Source of the DNA: an uncultured Actinomycetes bacterium | GTDB lineage: Bacteria > Actinomycetota > Acidimicrobiia > Spongiisociales > DATADW01 | DNA length: 64,000 nt | Assembly (NCBI GenBank): GCA_963733905.1 | Contig: CAVTEU010000007.1 | Coordinates: 533,840 to 597,839, forward strand | Reading direction: 5' to 3' | Position numbers and translations under genes: made by a program | The notes under the pieces: model-generated | Seen by the model: only the letters and a program-made list of their open reading frames with translations | Database searches by the model: none | Told to the model about the DNA's origin: nothing | Shown here: piece after piece, positions 27,131 through 39,366 of the stretch | Position numbering within the stretch: the stretch's first letter is position 1 | How the letters are laid out: every line of letters begins with the position of its first letter

Positions 27131-30100
27131 GTGAATCCACCAACCCCGGCCAGCCCATTCCGGAGAAGGGAAGCCCAGGTAGACCTGCCCTCCCTCGAGC
27201 GGGGCGTTCTGGAGCTATGGGATCGCCTTGACGCCTTCGCCCAGTCCGTGGAGATGCGTCCTCCCGAGTCGGAGTACAGCTTCTACGACGGTCCGCCATT
27301 CCCCACCGGGAGCCCGCACTACGGCAACCTGCTCGCCGGGGTGATCAAAGACATCGTGCCCCGCTACTGGACGATGCGGGGACACCGGGTGGTCCGGCGC
27401 TTCGGGTGGGACACCCACGGCCTCCCGGTGGAGATGGAGGTGGAACGCGCCCTCGATCTCTCGGGTCCCAAGGACATCGCCGCCTACGGGATCGAGCGCT
27501 TCAACGCGGCCTGCCGGAGGGTGGTTCAGGCCAACACCGAGAACTGGGAATCGCTCACCCGCAGACTCGGTCGTTGGGTCGACTTCGAGGACGACTACAA
27601 GACCATGGACCCCGAGTTCATGGAGAGCGTCTGGTGGGTTTTCCGCCAGCTCTGGGACCGCGGGCTGGTGTACCGGGACGTGAAAGTGCTGCCCTACTCC
27701 TGGGGTGCGGCGACACCGCTCTCCAACTTCGAGGCGAACCTCGATTACCGCCAGGTGGACGACCCGGCGATCACCGTGCGGCTCAAAGTGGTGGACGCGA
27801 GGGGACCGGTGGCCGAGGGCGACTGGCTGCTCATCTGGACGACGACCCCTTGGACCCTGCCCGGGAACCTGGCGGTGGCCGTGGGCGAGGACATTCCGTA
27901 CGTGTGCGTCGCCGTGGATGGCGAGAGATATTGGATTGCGGAGAGCAGGCTCGACTGGCTCTGGCCGCAGCCGAGACCGTCGGTGCGTGTCGTCCAGCAC
28001 GCCCAGGGCGCCGATCTGCTGGGGACCGGTTACCAGCCGCCGTTCGACTGGTTCGGTGAGGAGCGCGACAGAGGCGCCTTCAGGGTGATCTCGGCCGATG
28101 AGGTCACAACCGACGAGGGAACCGGTCTGGTGCACATGGCCCCTGCGTACGGCGAAGCCGACTTCGCCGCACTCCAGGCCGCCGGGCTCGACGTGCTGGT
28201 CGACCCGGTGGACGCCGAGGGCCGCTTTACCGAGGCGATCCCTCCCCTCGCCGGGACCCGGGTCAAGGATGCCGATCAGGAGTTGATCGAGAGGTTGAAG
28301 GTTGCCGGGCTTCTCTATCGGCGCGACCAGATCCGCCATAGCTACCCCTTCTGCTACCGCACCGGCACCCCGCTGATCTACAAGGCGATCCCCACCTGGT
28401 TCGTCCGCGTCGAGGCCTTTCGCGACCGGATGGTCGAGGCCAACAGCAGGATCCACTGGGTGCCCGAGCATGTCGGTGCCCGGCGCTTTGGCAACTGGCT
28501 CGAGGACGCCCGCGACTGGGCGATAAGCCGTAACCGCTACTGGGGAAGCTGTATCCCGGTCTGGAAGTGCGACCGCGGTGGCCACGAGGTCTGCATCGGG
28601 TCGATCGACGAGCTTGCCGAGCTTTCAGGGATCAGGCTCGACGACCTGCACCGCGAGCACGTGGACCCGGTCACCTTCGCCTGCGCCAGCTGCGACGGGA
28701 CCATGCTGAGGGTGCCAGAGGTGCTCGACTGCTGGTTCGAATCCGGGTCGATGCCATATGGCCAGCTCCACTATCCCTTCGAGAACCAGGAGCGGTTCGA
28801 GCGCGCCTTCCCCGCCCACTTCATCGCGGAAGGTCTCGATCAGACCAGGGGGTGGTTCTACACGCTGCTGGTGCTATCCACCGCCATCTTCGACACCGAG
28901 CCCTTCCGCAACTGCATCGTCAACGGGCTGATCCTTGCCGAGGACGGCCGCAAGATGTCGAAGAGCCTGAAGAACTACCCCGACCCCAACGGGATCTTCG
29001 ACGAATTCGGCGCCGACGCCCTGAGGGCCTATCTGATCAACTCGCCGGTGCTCCGAGCCGAGCCTTTCCGGTTCTCCCACGACGGGGTGCGCGAGGTGGT
29101 GCGCACCGTCCTTCTCCCTCTCTGGAACGCCTTCTCCTTCTACACGACATACGCCGAGGCCGACGGGATCTCGACGACGGACCTGGCCGCTGCCCCGGCC
29201 GTGGAGGATCGACCTGAACTCGACCGCTGGGTGCTGTCGGTCCTTCAGAGCCTGGTTGCCGAAGTCAACCGGCAGATGGAGGGCTACTACCTCTACGCCG
29301 TGATCCCGCCGGTACTGGGGTTCATCGACGATCTGACCAACTGGTATGTCCGTCGAGCGCGCCGCCGGTTCTGGCGGTCACGCGGAGATGACGAGGCCGA
29401 CAAGCTGGCCGCCTTCGCAACCATGCACGAGGTGCTGGTCACGTTTGCCACCGTGCTGGCACCGATCCTGCCCTTCGTCACCGAGGAGATCTATCAGGCG
29501 TTGGTGGTGACTCCGCCGGGTGGCGGATCGCCGCCTGCGAGCATCCATCACGCCGACTACCCGGTCGCTGACCCGGTGCTGATCGACGTCGATCTCGAAC
29601 TGGCCATGGAGAACGTGCGCGCCGTTACCCGGCTTAGCCACGCCCTCCGCAAGCAACACGCGGTCAAAGTGCGACAGCCATTGCGTTCGGTGACAGTCCT
29701 CACCCGCTCTCCAGAGGTGGAGCAGGCGGTCCTCTCCCACGTCGAGCTGATCCGGGACGAGATCAATGTCCGCGACGTCGTGGTGAGGCACGACGAGTCG
29801 AGCCTGGTGAACCTCTCGGTGAGACCCGACTACCGGACGCTTGGCCCAAGCTCGGCGGCCGGGTCCGAGAGTTGGCCGAGGAGCTGAGCGGCATCTCGGC
29901 TGCGGATGTTGAGCGGCTCCAGCACGGAGAGAGGCTCACCATCGCCGGGATCGAACTCGGGATCGCCGACGTGGTGGTGGCGCGCACGCCGCGGGCGGGG
30001 ACGGTCGTGGCCAGCGAGGGCGAGCTCTCTGTGGCGCTCGACCTGGAACTCGACGAGGACTTGATCTCGGAGGGTCTGGCACGCGAAATGGTCAGCCGCG

Positions 30101-30318
30101 TCCAACAGATGCGCCGTGACGCCGGGTTCGACGTGACCACCCGGATCCGGCTCGCCTGGAGCACACCCGATCCCGAGCTACGGACTGCCATCCAATCCCA
30201 CGAGGCATTCATCGCCGCCGAGGTGCTCGCGGTGGCGACGACCGAGAACGGTGCTGCCAACGTCAAGACCGAGGTGAACGGCGCGCCGTTGTCGATCGGT
30301 GTGGAAGCGGTGACCTGA
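27131..30318 (+). CDS. ileS: isoleucyl-tRNA synthetase (long type 2 form), one apparent frameshift
   Basis: FYDGPPFPTGSPHYGNLLAG (HIGH region) and KMSKS present. GTG start at 27131. The frame is lost at the C-run 29845-47 (TLGP|KLGGRVRELAEEL) and continues in ORF 29872..30318. Length is 3n+2. Confidence 0.92.
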
Positions 30319-30343
30319 CCGGTCGGACCGACCGGGCGACCTC

Positions 30344-31075
30344 TCAGCCTCCGCTGCGCTCCCAGGGGCGGGGCCGACCACCGGCTCCCCATACGGCCAG
30401 GCTCTCCTCCACTGCCCCGATCGAGTCCTCCTCGTCGGCTTCGCCCTCGACGTCGGTCGCGGGCTCAGCGACCTCTTCAACGGGTGATTCGGTCACGTCG
30501 GCCGGTGGGGGCTCGTCGGAAAGGTCGAGTACCTGTGTCGCCTCTGGGTCGGGGGCGGGAGCGGGCTCCTCGCTCAAATCCAGGGCCGGTGCCGCCTCCT
30601 CGCTCGTCCCGATCGCTTCGTCCAGCTCGGCCGTCACAGGGTCAAGCTGACCGTCGAGATCGGTGGCCAGCTCGGCGAGCCGGCTGCGGAGATCCGACAC
30701 CCGCGCTCGCATCCCCACCAGGTCCGAGTCGAGCCTTTCGCGCTCCTTGACCTGATCCTCGGCCAGGGCTTGTGCATCGCGCTTGGCATCCTCGACCATC
30801 CGCTCAGCTTCGGCGCCCGCCTCGGCGATGACCGCCTGGGCACGACTCCGGGCATCCACCAGGGCTTCAGTGACCGCCTCGCGCTCCTCGCGCAAACGGC
30901 CAACTTCCGCCTCCATCGCCGCCGCACGGCCCTCGGCGGCGCGCGCCCTACCTTCGTACTCGGTGAGCGAGGCAACCACCTCGTCGAGGAAGTCGTCGAC
31001 TTCGCCCTGGTCGTAGCCACGGCGCATCGACTCTCGAAACGTCTTCTGTTGGACTTCCATCGGCAACAACGCCAT
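30344..31075 (-). CDS. divIVA: DivIVA family cell-division/polar growth protein
   Basis: N-terminal DivIVA motif (EVQQKTFRESMRRGYDQGEVDDFLDEV) followed by coiled-coil sequence. GGGAGG Shine-Dalgarno upstream. Confidence 0.9.
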   Translation of the reverse strand: MALLPMEVQQKTFRESMRRGYDQGEVDDFLDEVVASLTEYEGRARAAEGRAAAMEAEVGRLREEREAVTEALVDARSRAQAVIAEAGAEAERMVEDAKRDAQALAEDQVKERERLDSDLVGMRARVSDLRSRLAELATDLDGQLDPVTAELDEAIGTSEEAAPALDLSEEPAPAPDPEATQVLDLSDEPPPADVTESPVEEVAEPATDVEGEADEEDSIGAVEESLAVWGAGGRPRPWERSGG

Positions 31076-31290
31076 CGGGTGCCTCCCACGGTCAGTCGTC
31101 GGAGGTTAACGCCGGCGGGTCACCAACCCTGGGATTGCAGTGTTGGCCCGTGGGGGGACGACCCCCCCAACACCCCCCCGCCGGCCCGCAGTCCGCTCGC
31201 CGGCACTTGGAAGGTGGACGGGACGAGTCCGGTATGACTCAGCCGGTTAGCCGATGGTGACGCCTCCGCGGTGCCACCGTTCCGTGACCC

Positions 31291-31333
31291 ACTACTAAGT
31301 ACCAGGAACTAAGTACTGCGAGCGAAGCGAGCC
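31291..31333 (-). repeat. 7/14-nt periodic repeat (ACTAAGTAC x2, GCGAGC x2), reverse complement of the AGTACTT family
   Basis: actactaagtaccaggaactaagtactgcgagcgaagcgagc, immediately downstream of the yggT stop. Confidence 0.75.
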
Positions 31334-31337
31334 CTTA

Positions 31338-31589
31338 TCAGCAGAGAAACGACCGCAGCAGAGCGATCCCGAGGAAGAGGATCAAGGGGGACAGGTCAAG
31401 CCCGACCGATCCAAGCCGCACATTGGGGAGGACCGCCCTTATGGGCCGAAGGATGGGGTCGACCACCAGCGAGAGGGCGTGGCGGACTCTCCCCACCGGG
31501 TGGTCGCTCGGGACGTCGAAGAAGCTGAGGACTATCCGGGCGAGGATGACGAGCGAATAGATGAAGAGCAGTTGGCAGACAAGGGTCAT
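31338..31589 (-). CDS. YggT family membrane protein
   Basis: 83-aa two-TM ORF in the canonical sepF-yggT-divIVA position. Confidence 0.85.
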   Translation of the reverse strand: MTLVCQLLFIYSLVILARIVLSFFDVPSDHPVGRVRHALSLVVDPILRPIRAVLPNVRLGSVGLDLSPLILFLGIALLRSFLC

Positions 31590-31595
31590 CCTGTG

Positions 31596-32155
31596 TCAGG
31601 AGGCCGATTCAGGTAGCTCGTACAACCCCTGTCCCTCGAGCCGGCGCTGCTCCTCCTGGCCGAGCGTCACTCGCGGGGGGAGCACCAAAACCACGCCGTC
31701 GGTGGTCTTCGCCATCGTCCCGTCGAGGGCATAGGTCAACCCGCTGGCGAAGTCGATGATGCGACGCACCATGTCCGGGTCGGTCGACCTCAGGTCGAGC
31801 ACCACCGGTGTCCGTTCCCTGATCCGATCGGCCAGCACCTTGGCATCGCCGAAGTCGGTGACCCGAACCACGTCGCTCTGCACGTCTGTGGGCCGGACCG
31901 GCCGAACCGAGCCCGACGGAGCGTCGTGGCCGCCCTCCCCGGATACCACCACTGGCCTCGATCCTGCGCCGACTGGGGGCTCGACCCGTCGCCCGGCAAC
32001 CGTATCGCGGTTCGACGGTTGACCCTTCGTGTTCTGACGGGTCGTCGGAGGGCGTGTCGAGCGGGCGGCCGCGGAAGGCCTGGACTCGACCTCCTCGTCG
32101 AGTTGCTCCTCGTCCACCAGCCCGAGGTACATCAGCGTCTTCTGCCACAGCGAGC

Positions 32156-32159
<4 letters not shown>
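31596..32159 (-). CDS. sepF: cell division protein SepF
   Basis: N-terminal amphipathic MSSLWQKTLMYLGLV and a C-terminal SepF domain (DAKVLADRIRERTPVVLDL...DGTMAKT). Confidence 0.92.
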
Positions 32160-32821
<662 letters not shown>

Positions 32822-32848
32822 CGGCCCGCCCTCCCCGGTCCGACTCCC

Positions 32849-33250
32849 CTAGGCGCTGTCTGCCTTTTCCCGTGACGGCTCGAGCACGTAGTACTCGGTG
32901 AATTCGCTACACCGACCGTCGGGAGCGAACCGGAGCAGGTAAACGTTGTGGAAGGTCTCCTCCGGCTGGTCGCCCTTGGCGAGGTAGCGGCTCCAACCGA
33001 CGGCGACCGCCCTGTCCCCATCGATCGCGTAGGGCCGGTAGCTCGCCTCCCACCCGTCGGGGTCGTCGGGCTCGTCCAGCCAGTTGGCGACGATCGACTC
33101 GCGCCCCTGGAGGGCACGGGGCCCGACGTCGTATGGGTGATGCAGGTAAACGGCATCATCGGTGAATAGGTCTTCGATAGGACCGGCATCGTTGGCTCGC
33201 CATGCCGCCACATAGCGGTCCAGCCACCCCTGGAGGTCGTCGTGGTTCAT
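32849..33250 (-). CDS. SnoaL/NTF2-like domain protein
   Basis: 133 aa from the ATG at 33250 (MNHDDLQGWLDRYVAAWRANDAGPIEDLFTDDAVY). The upstream 41 codons of the tracked ORF overlap pgeF. Confidence 0.6.
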   Translation of the reverse strand: MNHDDLQGWLDRYVAAWRANDAGPIEDLFTDDAVYLHHPYDVGPRALQGRESIVANWLDEPDDPDGWEASYRPYAIDGDRAVAVGWSRYLAKGDQPEETFHNVYLLRFAPDGRCSEFTEYYVLEPSREKADSA

Positions 33251-33288
33251 GGAGCGGATGGTAGGCGAGTGCTCTTCGCCTGAAGGGG

Positions 33289-33909
33289 TCACCCCAGCCA
33301 GCCGATGGCGGCCATCCGGTTTCCGGTGCGCTGGCGGCGGTGGGAGAAAAGCCCCGGGTCGTGACCGGTGCAACGCCCAGCGTCCCAGACATCGAGCCCG
33401 GCCAGTTGCGCCCTGGCAGAAGCGAGCAGATCGACGCTCGGTGACCCCCAGGTGGTGGTGGCTTGTTCGTGGGGAAATTGCTCGGCCACCTCCTCACCAA
33501 CCTCGAAGCAACAAGAACCGATGGCAGGCCCGATGGCGGCCACCTTCGCCGCTGATCCCGCCTCGTCCATGGCGGTTCGCAACGCGCCGATTACACCGGC
33601 GGCAAGGCCGCGCCACCCGGCGTGTGCGATCCCGACGATTCCGTCCCCCTCGAGGACCACGGCGGCGCAGTCGGCGGTGAACACCGCAAGCGGCAACCCG
33701 GTGACCCGGGTGAACAGGGCGTCCCCATCGCCAAGCTCCCCGGGGTGTTTCGCCTCTAGCACCGTGCTGCCGTGGACCTGGTGAAGCGTCGCCCACTCGG
33801 TGTCGATCCCCAATTCGGCGGCGACCGACTCGCGCTCAGCGTGGTCGCTCCGCTGGTCGCCCGCCGCCGCCAAGGTGAATGCTGCTCCGCGAAAGGGCCG
33901 CAGGATCAT
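33289..33909 (-). CDS. pgeF: peptidoglycan editing factor PgeF / YfiH laccase-domain protein
   Basis: [37 protein letters not shown] and FSHRR motifs. Confidence 0.9.
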   Translation of the reverse strand: MILRPFRGAAFTLAAAGDQRSDHAERESVAAELGIDTEWATLHQVHGSTVLEAKHPGELGDGDALFTRVTGLPLAVFTADCAAVVLEGDGIVGIAHAGWRGLAAGVIGALRTAMDEAGSAAKVAAIGPAIGSCCFEVGEEVAEQFPHEQATTTWGSPSVDLLASARAQLAGLDVWDAGRCTGHDPGLFSHRRQRTGNRMAAIGWLG

Positions 33910-34958
33910 CCCTGCACGAATGCGGGGATCTCGAAGTCGTCCTCATCGCCCGAGGAGAGCACGCCGCTGAGCACGCCGCGGGTGCCACGACGGCGCTCGA
34001 ACCCGGCAGCGATCACGGTCACCTGCATCTCCTCGCCACCCATGTCGTCAACGAAGGCGCCAAAGATGATCTCGGCGTCTTCGTCGCAGTGTTCCTTGAT
34101 GACGTTGGCCGCGTTGTTCACCTCGTGGAGCGTCATCGTTGCCGGCCCGCTCACCGAGAGAAGCACACCCCGCGCCCCGTCCATCGAGGTCTCCAGCAGA
34201 GGCGACGAGATCGCCTTGTTCGCCGCCTGCGTGGCCCGGTCGTCACCGGTCGAGCGGCCGATGCCCATCACCGCGGTGCCGGCATCCTGCATCACCGTCT
34301 TGACGTCGGCGAAGTCGACGTTGATCAACCCGGGGGTGGTGATGAGGTTGGTGATGCCGGCGACACCGGCCATGAGCACCTCGTCGGCACGGTGGAAACT
34401 CTCGATGATCGAGGACTTCGGATCGGTGATCTCGAGCAGCTTGTCGTTTGGTATCACGATCAGGGTGTCCACCGCCTCCCGGAGCGATTGGATCCCCTGC
34501 TCGGCTTGGAGGGAACGCCTCCTGCCCTCGAACCCGAAGGGCCGGGTGACAACCCCCACCGTGAGGGCACCAAGTCCCCGAGCCGCCTCGGCAACCACAG
34601 GGGCCCCACCCGTCCCGGTGCCACCGCCTTCCCCTGCGGTGACGAAAACCATGTCCGCGCCCTTGAGTACCTCCTCGAGCTCCTCGCGGTGCGCTTCCGC
34701 TGCGGCCCGGCCGACCTCTGGGTTGGCGCCGGCGCCGAGCCCCCGAGTGATGTCCCGGCCGAGGTCGAGCTTGATGTCGGCGTCTGACATCAGCAGCGCC
34801 TGAGCATCGGTGTTCATGGCGATGAACTCGACGCCGCGCACCCCGGCATCGATCATCCGGTTGACCGCATTGACCCCGCCACCGCCGACGCCGACGACCT
34901 TGATCACGGCGATGTAGCTCTGCGGCCGGGTCCCGCTGCTGCTCGATCTGCTCGACAT
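33906..34958 (-). CDS. ftsZ: cell division GTPase FtsZ
   Basis: ATG at 34958 preceded by AGGAAAGGA. Motifs [26 protein letters not shown] and NVDFADV. The tracked ORF start at 35087 is an upstream extension. Confidence 0.96.
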   Translation of the reverse strand: MSSRSSSSGTRPQSYIAVIKVVGVGGGGVNAVNRMIDAGVRGVEFIAMNTDAQALLMSDADIKLDLGRDITRGLGAGANPEVGRAAAEAHREELEEVLKGADMVFVTAGEGGGTGTGGAPVVAEAARGLGALTVGVVTRPFGFEGRRRSLQAEQGIQSLREAVDTLIVIPNDKLLEITDPKSSIIESFHRADEVLMAGVAGITNLITTPGLINVDFADVKTVMQDAGTAVMGIGRSTGDDRATQAANKAISSPLLETSMDGARGVLLSVSGPATMTLHEVNNAANVIKEHCDEDAEIIFGAFVDDMGGEEMQVTVIAAGFERRRGTRGVLSGVLSSGDEDDFEIPAFVQG

Positions 34959-35162
34959 CGGTTGTCCTTTCCGGGCCTGGAGAGAAATCTCCGCGCCCCC
35001 GTGGGATCGGTTGGCCTCTGTGGCCGCGGGCATCGGGACCGGCTCCACCCTCGCCATCTCAGCCGATGACGTTTCCCTTGCCTTCACCCTCGACTACAGC
35101 GTTACACAGATGCCCACAGCGTGGCAAGAGGGGTACGCTCACCTTGTAGTGGACGTTGAACC

Positions 35163-35945
35163 TTAGCTGGTGGTGGTCTGGGCTTGCTCGGAGTAGCCAC
35201 GGGGAAGCCGGACCGCGGGGTGAGAGGGTGAGATGACGGTGATGATCGACCCTGGAGGGACGTCACCAATGACCGCGCTCAGCGCAACGGCCTTGGCCCG
35301 CATCTCCTCGGCCGACCCGAGGCGCGCCTGTATCCCCTCGAACCGGGCCCACAACTCCCCGCGGACCTCCCGCAGTGTGATGCCGCCCCGATGACGCGGC
35401 GGAAATGCGGCGAGGAACGCAGCGGCGCCGCGCACCATCTCCTCGGGGTGGCGCTCCCCTAGCACCGGGTCGGCGACCGGGATGGAGATCAACCCGTGAT
35501 TGCCGGCACCAGGGCCATCACTCAACTCGACGGGGACACCGCCTGCGGACAAGAGGAGCCATCCGTCATCGGTGCGCGCCCACCCCACCGGCTCCCGCTC
35601 GCGCACCTCCACGTCGATCGTGTCGGGGAAGCGGACGGTGGCAACTGCCTCGGCGATCCAAGGATCCTGCTCGAGGGCCGCTTCCACCTCGCCGGGCCTG
35701 ATCGTCACCAGGGGGCGACCCTTGACGAAACCCGCCTCGGCCATCAGCCGACGGACCGGTGCCTGGTCGGCCCCATCCACCCTGATCGTCTGAACCGACA
35801 GAAACGGGGATTGCAGCGCCCACGCCACCACACCGGCGATGACCCCCGTCATCAAGAGCAGCACCAGGCGCCGCACCCGCCGGCGGGCGTGGGTCTCCGC
35901 CACCTGCCGTCTCCGCCGGGCTATACGGGGGTCGAGCACGGTCAT
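35163..35945 (-). CDS. ftsQ: cell division protein FtsQ (POTRA)
   Basis: The ATG at 35945 overlaps the murB stop (ATGA). Single TM (LVLLLMTGVIAGVVAWAL) then a POTRA-like region (VQTIRVDGA). Confidence 0.8.
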   Translation of the reverse strand: MTVLDPRIARRRRQVAETHARRRVRRLVLLLMTGVIAGVVAWALQSPFLSVQTIRVDGADQAPVRRLMAEAGFVKGRPLVTIRPGEVEAALEQDPWIAEAVATVRFPDTIDVEVREREPVGWARTDDGWLLLSAGGVPVELSDGPGAGNHGLISIPVADPVLGERHPEEMVRGAAAFLAAFPPRHRGGITLREVRGELWARFEGIQARLGSAEEMRAKAVALSAVIGDVPPGSIITVISPSHPAVRLPRGYSEQAQTTTS

Positions 35946-36886
35946 GACCCACCACCGCCCGCTGGTTTCCGCTGGTCGGGAGAGACTGCGAACTCGCCGG
36001 CGAAACGGACCTCGGGGCGGAGCCAAACCCCCGTGGTCTCACCAACCCGGCGGCGGACCGCCCAAACGAGATCGTGGACGTCCTGGGCGGTGGCCTCGCG
36101 TCCGGCAACGAAGAAGTTGGCGTGCTTGGTCGAGACCGATGCCCCGCCGACCGTGAAACCCTTCAGCCCGAGCTGGTCGATGATTCGCCCGGCGGTGTCG
36201 CCCGGCGGGTTGGCGAAGACGCTTCCGGCGTTGAGCGTGCCCCCGGGTTGATGGAGCCGCCTCCATCGGGTGACCTCACGCATCTCCGCCTCGGCTGCGG
36301 CGGCTGTCCCGGGCTCGGTGTGGAAGCGTGCGCTGACCACGACGTCGGTCGGAGCCAAGGCTGAGACGCGGTACCCGAGCCCCAGCGATGCGGACTCGCG
36401 GTCATCGGTGGTTCCGGCGACCGTGTCGACCACTCGCGCCGAGACCAGGACGTCGACCGTCTCGCGTCCGTGGCACCCGGCATTCATCCGCACCGCCCCG
36501 CCCACCGAGCCGGGAACCCCGACGAAGAACTCCAGCCCGGTGCGGCCCGACCGCGCCGCATGACGAGCAACCACCGGGAGCGATGCACCCGCCCCCGCCA
36601 AGACCTCTCCAGACCGTTCGAGATCGACGGAAGCGAGCCCACCCGCCAGCCGGATCACGATGCCGTCGAAGCCGGAATCGGCGATCACCAGATTGGATCC
36701 GCGCCCCAGGACGAGCAACTCGACACCGGCGGCGGCGGCGGCGCTTCCGGCGACGATCACGTCCTCCTCGGCGATGGCCTCGACCAGCCAGCGGGCGGGG
36801 CCGCCCAACTTGTAGGTGGTCAACGGGGCCAGTTCGACGTTGGGGCGTGCCCGCCCCGAGCCGACGAGAGCATCGAGCGCGTCCAT
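35942..36886 (-). CDS. murB: UDP-N-acetylenolpyruvoylglucosamine reductase
   Basis: The ATG at 36886 overlaps the murC stop. Motifs LAPLTTYKLGGPA, LGRGSNL, GAGSVFANP and STKHANFFV. The tracked 429-aa ORF includes a spurious N-terminal extension over murC. Confidence 0.9.
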   Translation of the reverse strand: MDALDALVGSGRARPNVELAPLTTYKLGGPARWLVEAIAEEDVIVAGSAAAAAGVELLVLGRGSNLVIADSGFDGIVIRLAGGLASVDLERSGEVLAGAGASLPVVARHAARSGRTGLEFFVGVPGSVGGAVRMNAGCHGRETVDVLVSARVVDTVAGTTDDRESASLGLGYRVSALAPTDVVVSARFHTEPGTAAAAEAEMREVTRWRRLHQPGGTLNAGSVFANPPGDTAGRIIDQLGLKGFTVGGASVSTKHANFFVAGREATAQDVHDLVWAVRRRVGETTGVWLRPEVRFAGEFAVSPDQRKPAGGGGS

Positions 36887-38254
36887 CACCGTCCCCACCG
36901 CTCCACGAGAAGTGGGACCAGTTCGTCGGGGAGCGATGTGATGTCGCCTGCCCCCATCGTCACCACCAGATCTCCGGGTTCGACTGCGGAAGCCAGGAAG
37001 CCCGCCAGGTCGGCGCGGTGTGGGAGATAGTCCACCGTCGCCGGGACCGAACGGCGGGCGGCGGCGGCCACCAACTCGCCGGTGACGCCGGGGATTGGCG
37101 CTTCGCGGGCCGGGAAAACGTCGGTGACGACCACCCGGTCGGCGAGGGCGAATGCGGCGCCGAACTGGTCGTGGAGCGCCAGCGTCCGGCTGAAGAGATG
37201 GGGCTGGAAGACGGCCCAAACCCGCCGCCATGGACCGCGCCTTGCCGCAGAGAGCGTCGCCGCGACCTCGGTGGGATGGTGGGCGTAATCATCGATCAAG
37301 GTCACTCCCCCAACCTCACCGCGGACTTCGAACCGACGGCGGACCCCGGCGAATTTCCTGAAGCTGGCGGCGGCGGCGGCAACATCCATTCCGAGCGTGC
37401 CGATCAGTGCGAGCGCTCCAGCCGCGTTGCGCGCCATGTGGGCACCTGGTCGGCCCACCTCCACCTCAACGATCGAGTCGGGGCCGACGAGCCGGAACGA
37501 CACCGAAGTCGGGGCCTCCTCGACGTGCTCGATCCGCCACAAGGCGTCGGGTGCAGTCCCGTAGGTGGCGACGCCGGTGGCTTCGGCGAGCCGTCGGCCG
37601 CCGGGATCGTCTGACCCCACCAACACCGGTCCCCGCACACCATCGACGACCGAGACGAACGCTTCCTCCAGGGCGGCGATGTCGCCGTAGTGATCGAGGT
37701 GCTCTGCGTCGACGTTGGTGACCATGAGCGCCACGAGGTCGAGGTGGAGGAAAGTACCGAACGCCTCGTCTGCCTCGAGCACGAAGAGACCGGTCTCGCC
37801 GAGATGGGCGTTGGTCCGCTGGTCGACCAGATCCCCGCCAACCACGAATGACGGGTCACGGCCCATTGCCCGAAGCGCAGTCACCAGCAGGGCCGTCGAC
37901 GAGGTCTTGCCGTGGGTCCCGGTGACGCCGATGGCGGGCATGCACCGCGGTGAGCGCTCCGAGCAATTGGGGGCGCTGCCAAACCGTCACGCCGGCGGCG
38001 TGCGCCGCGACCAACTCGGGATCGGTGGCGGGGACCGCCGAGGAAGCCACGACCAGATCGACGCCGACGACCGACTGGGGCACGCTCCCGGCCCACACCT
38101 CTATCCCAAGGTCGGACAGGCCGGCAAGGGCCGGCGAATGCTTCATGTCGGAGCCGGTCACGGTGCGTCCCTGTTGAAAGAGCAGCTTGGCGAGGGCACT
38201 CATCCCCGCCCCGCCCGCCCCCACGAGGTGGATATGGGTAGCGCCCGCCAACAC
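36886..38254 (-). CDS. murC: UDP-N-acetylmuramate--L-alanine ligase, one apparent frameshift
   Basis: N-terminus (HIHLVGAGGAGMSALA) is in ORF 37856..38254 with a GTG start. The rest (IGVTGTHGKTSST...) is in ORF 36886..37941. The switch is near 37938-37945. Length is 3n+1. Confidence 0.9.
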
Positions 38255-38280
38255 GTCTCCCGGCTAGGCGAGGATCGGGC

Positions 38281-39366
38281 TCATCCATGTGCGGCCATGA
38301 GCGCGGCGGCGATCTCGTCGGCGGCGCCGGGGCGTGCCATGCCGAGCGCCGCCGCGGCCATTCGCGCCCGCTCTTCCCGGTCGGCTATCAGCTCCTCGAT
38401 CACCTTTGCCAGCTCCCCGATCTGCTCCTCGTTCACCACCCGGGCGGAGCCGGCGCCGGCAAGTGCGGCCGCATTGGCCGCCTGATGACCGCTCGACCCG
38501 AACCCTCCGGGGATGAGCACCGCCGGGGTCCCCGTAGCGGTGAGCTCGGCGACCGAACCGCCGGCGCGGGCAACCACCAGATCGCTCGCGGCGAGAACGT
38601 ACTGCATCGCCGGCTCGAACCCGAGGACCACCCAGCGAACAGGGCCGGCGTACCGGGACCGAGCCGTCGACACCTCTTCCAGGTTCGACTCCCCGGCGAG
38701 ATGGAGAAGCTGGAACTCGGGACCCGACCAGTCCCCGATCATCTCGACCACCGCCCGGTTGATCCTCGCCGACCCGAGGCTCCCCCCGACCACACCGACC
38801 ACCGGGACACCCGCGTCGAGCCCGTAGCGGACCAACGCCTCCGGGCGGAGGGTCTCCCTGTCGAACGAGGTCAGCGGACGCCGGATGGGGTTGCCAACCC
38901 AGCGACCGTTGCGGAGGCCGGTGGTGGCGGGGAACGAGGTGAAAGACTCGACCGCCCAGCGTGATGACACCCGGTTGCCCAGACCGGCGTCTGCGTTCTG
39001 CTCGGCCACGAAGAGGGGCAGGCGGCGGCGGCGTGCCGCCCATGCGGTGGGGAGCGTCACGTACCCACCCATGCCGAGGACAACCCGAACATGGCGGGCC
39101 GCCATCTCGTTGCCGATGGCGCCGGCAGCCGACCGGACCACCTGGGGGATTGCAAGGTTGCGCCTGGTCATGCGCCGCTCCAGCCCGCGCAATGGCACGG
39201 CGAAGAACGGGAAGCCCGCCCCGGGGTAGACACTCGACTCGAGCCGGTCCCCGCCGACAAAGCTGACGTCCTCGCGGGGCACGCCTGCCTCGACCAGGGC
39301 CTCCCCCACCGCCAACCCCGGGTACACATGCCCGCCGGTGCCGGCGGCGGCGATCAGGTAGCCCAT
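38281..39366 (-). CDS. murG: undecaprenyldiphospho-muramoylpentapeptide beta-N-acetylglucosaminyltransferase
   Basis: MGYLIAAAGTGGHVYPGLAV start region, and the C-terminal LVVARAGGSVAELTATGTPAVLIP. In the given sequence it is in frame with ftsW, with no intervening stop. Confidence 0.9.
   Translation of the reverse strand: MGYLIAAAGTGGHVYPGLAVGEALVEAGVPREDVSFVGGDRLESSVYPGAGFPFFAVPLRGLERRMTRRNLAIPQVVRSAAGAIGNEMAARHVRVVLGMGGYVTLPTAWAARRRRLPLFVAEQNADAGLGNRVSSRWAVESFTSFPATTGLRNGRWVGNPIRRPLTSFDRETLRPEALVRYGLDAGVPVVGVVGGSLGSARINRAVVEMIGDWSGPEFQLLHLAGESNLEEVSTARSRYAGPVRWVVLGFEPAMQYVLAASDLVVARAGGSVAELTATGTPAVLIPGGFGSSGHQAANAAALAGAGSARVVNEEQIGELAKVIEELIADREERARMAAAALGMARPGAADEIAAALMAAHG

Noticed and set aside
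35942-37231. 429-aa MurB with a long N-terminal extension
   Set aside because: The extension overlaps the murC 3' end out of frame and is Arg/Pro/Gly junk. The MurB homology starts at the ATG at 36886, which overlaps the murC stop.
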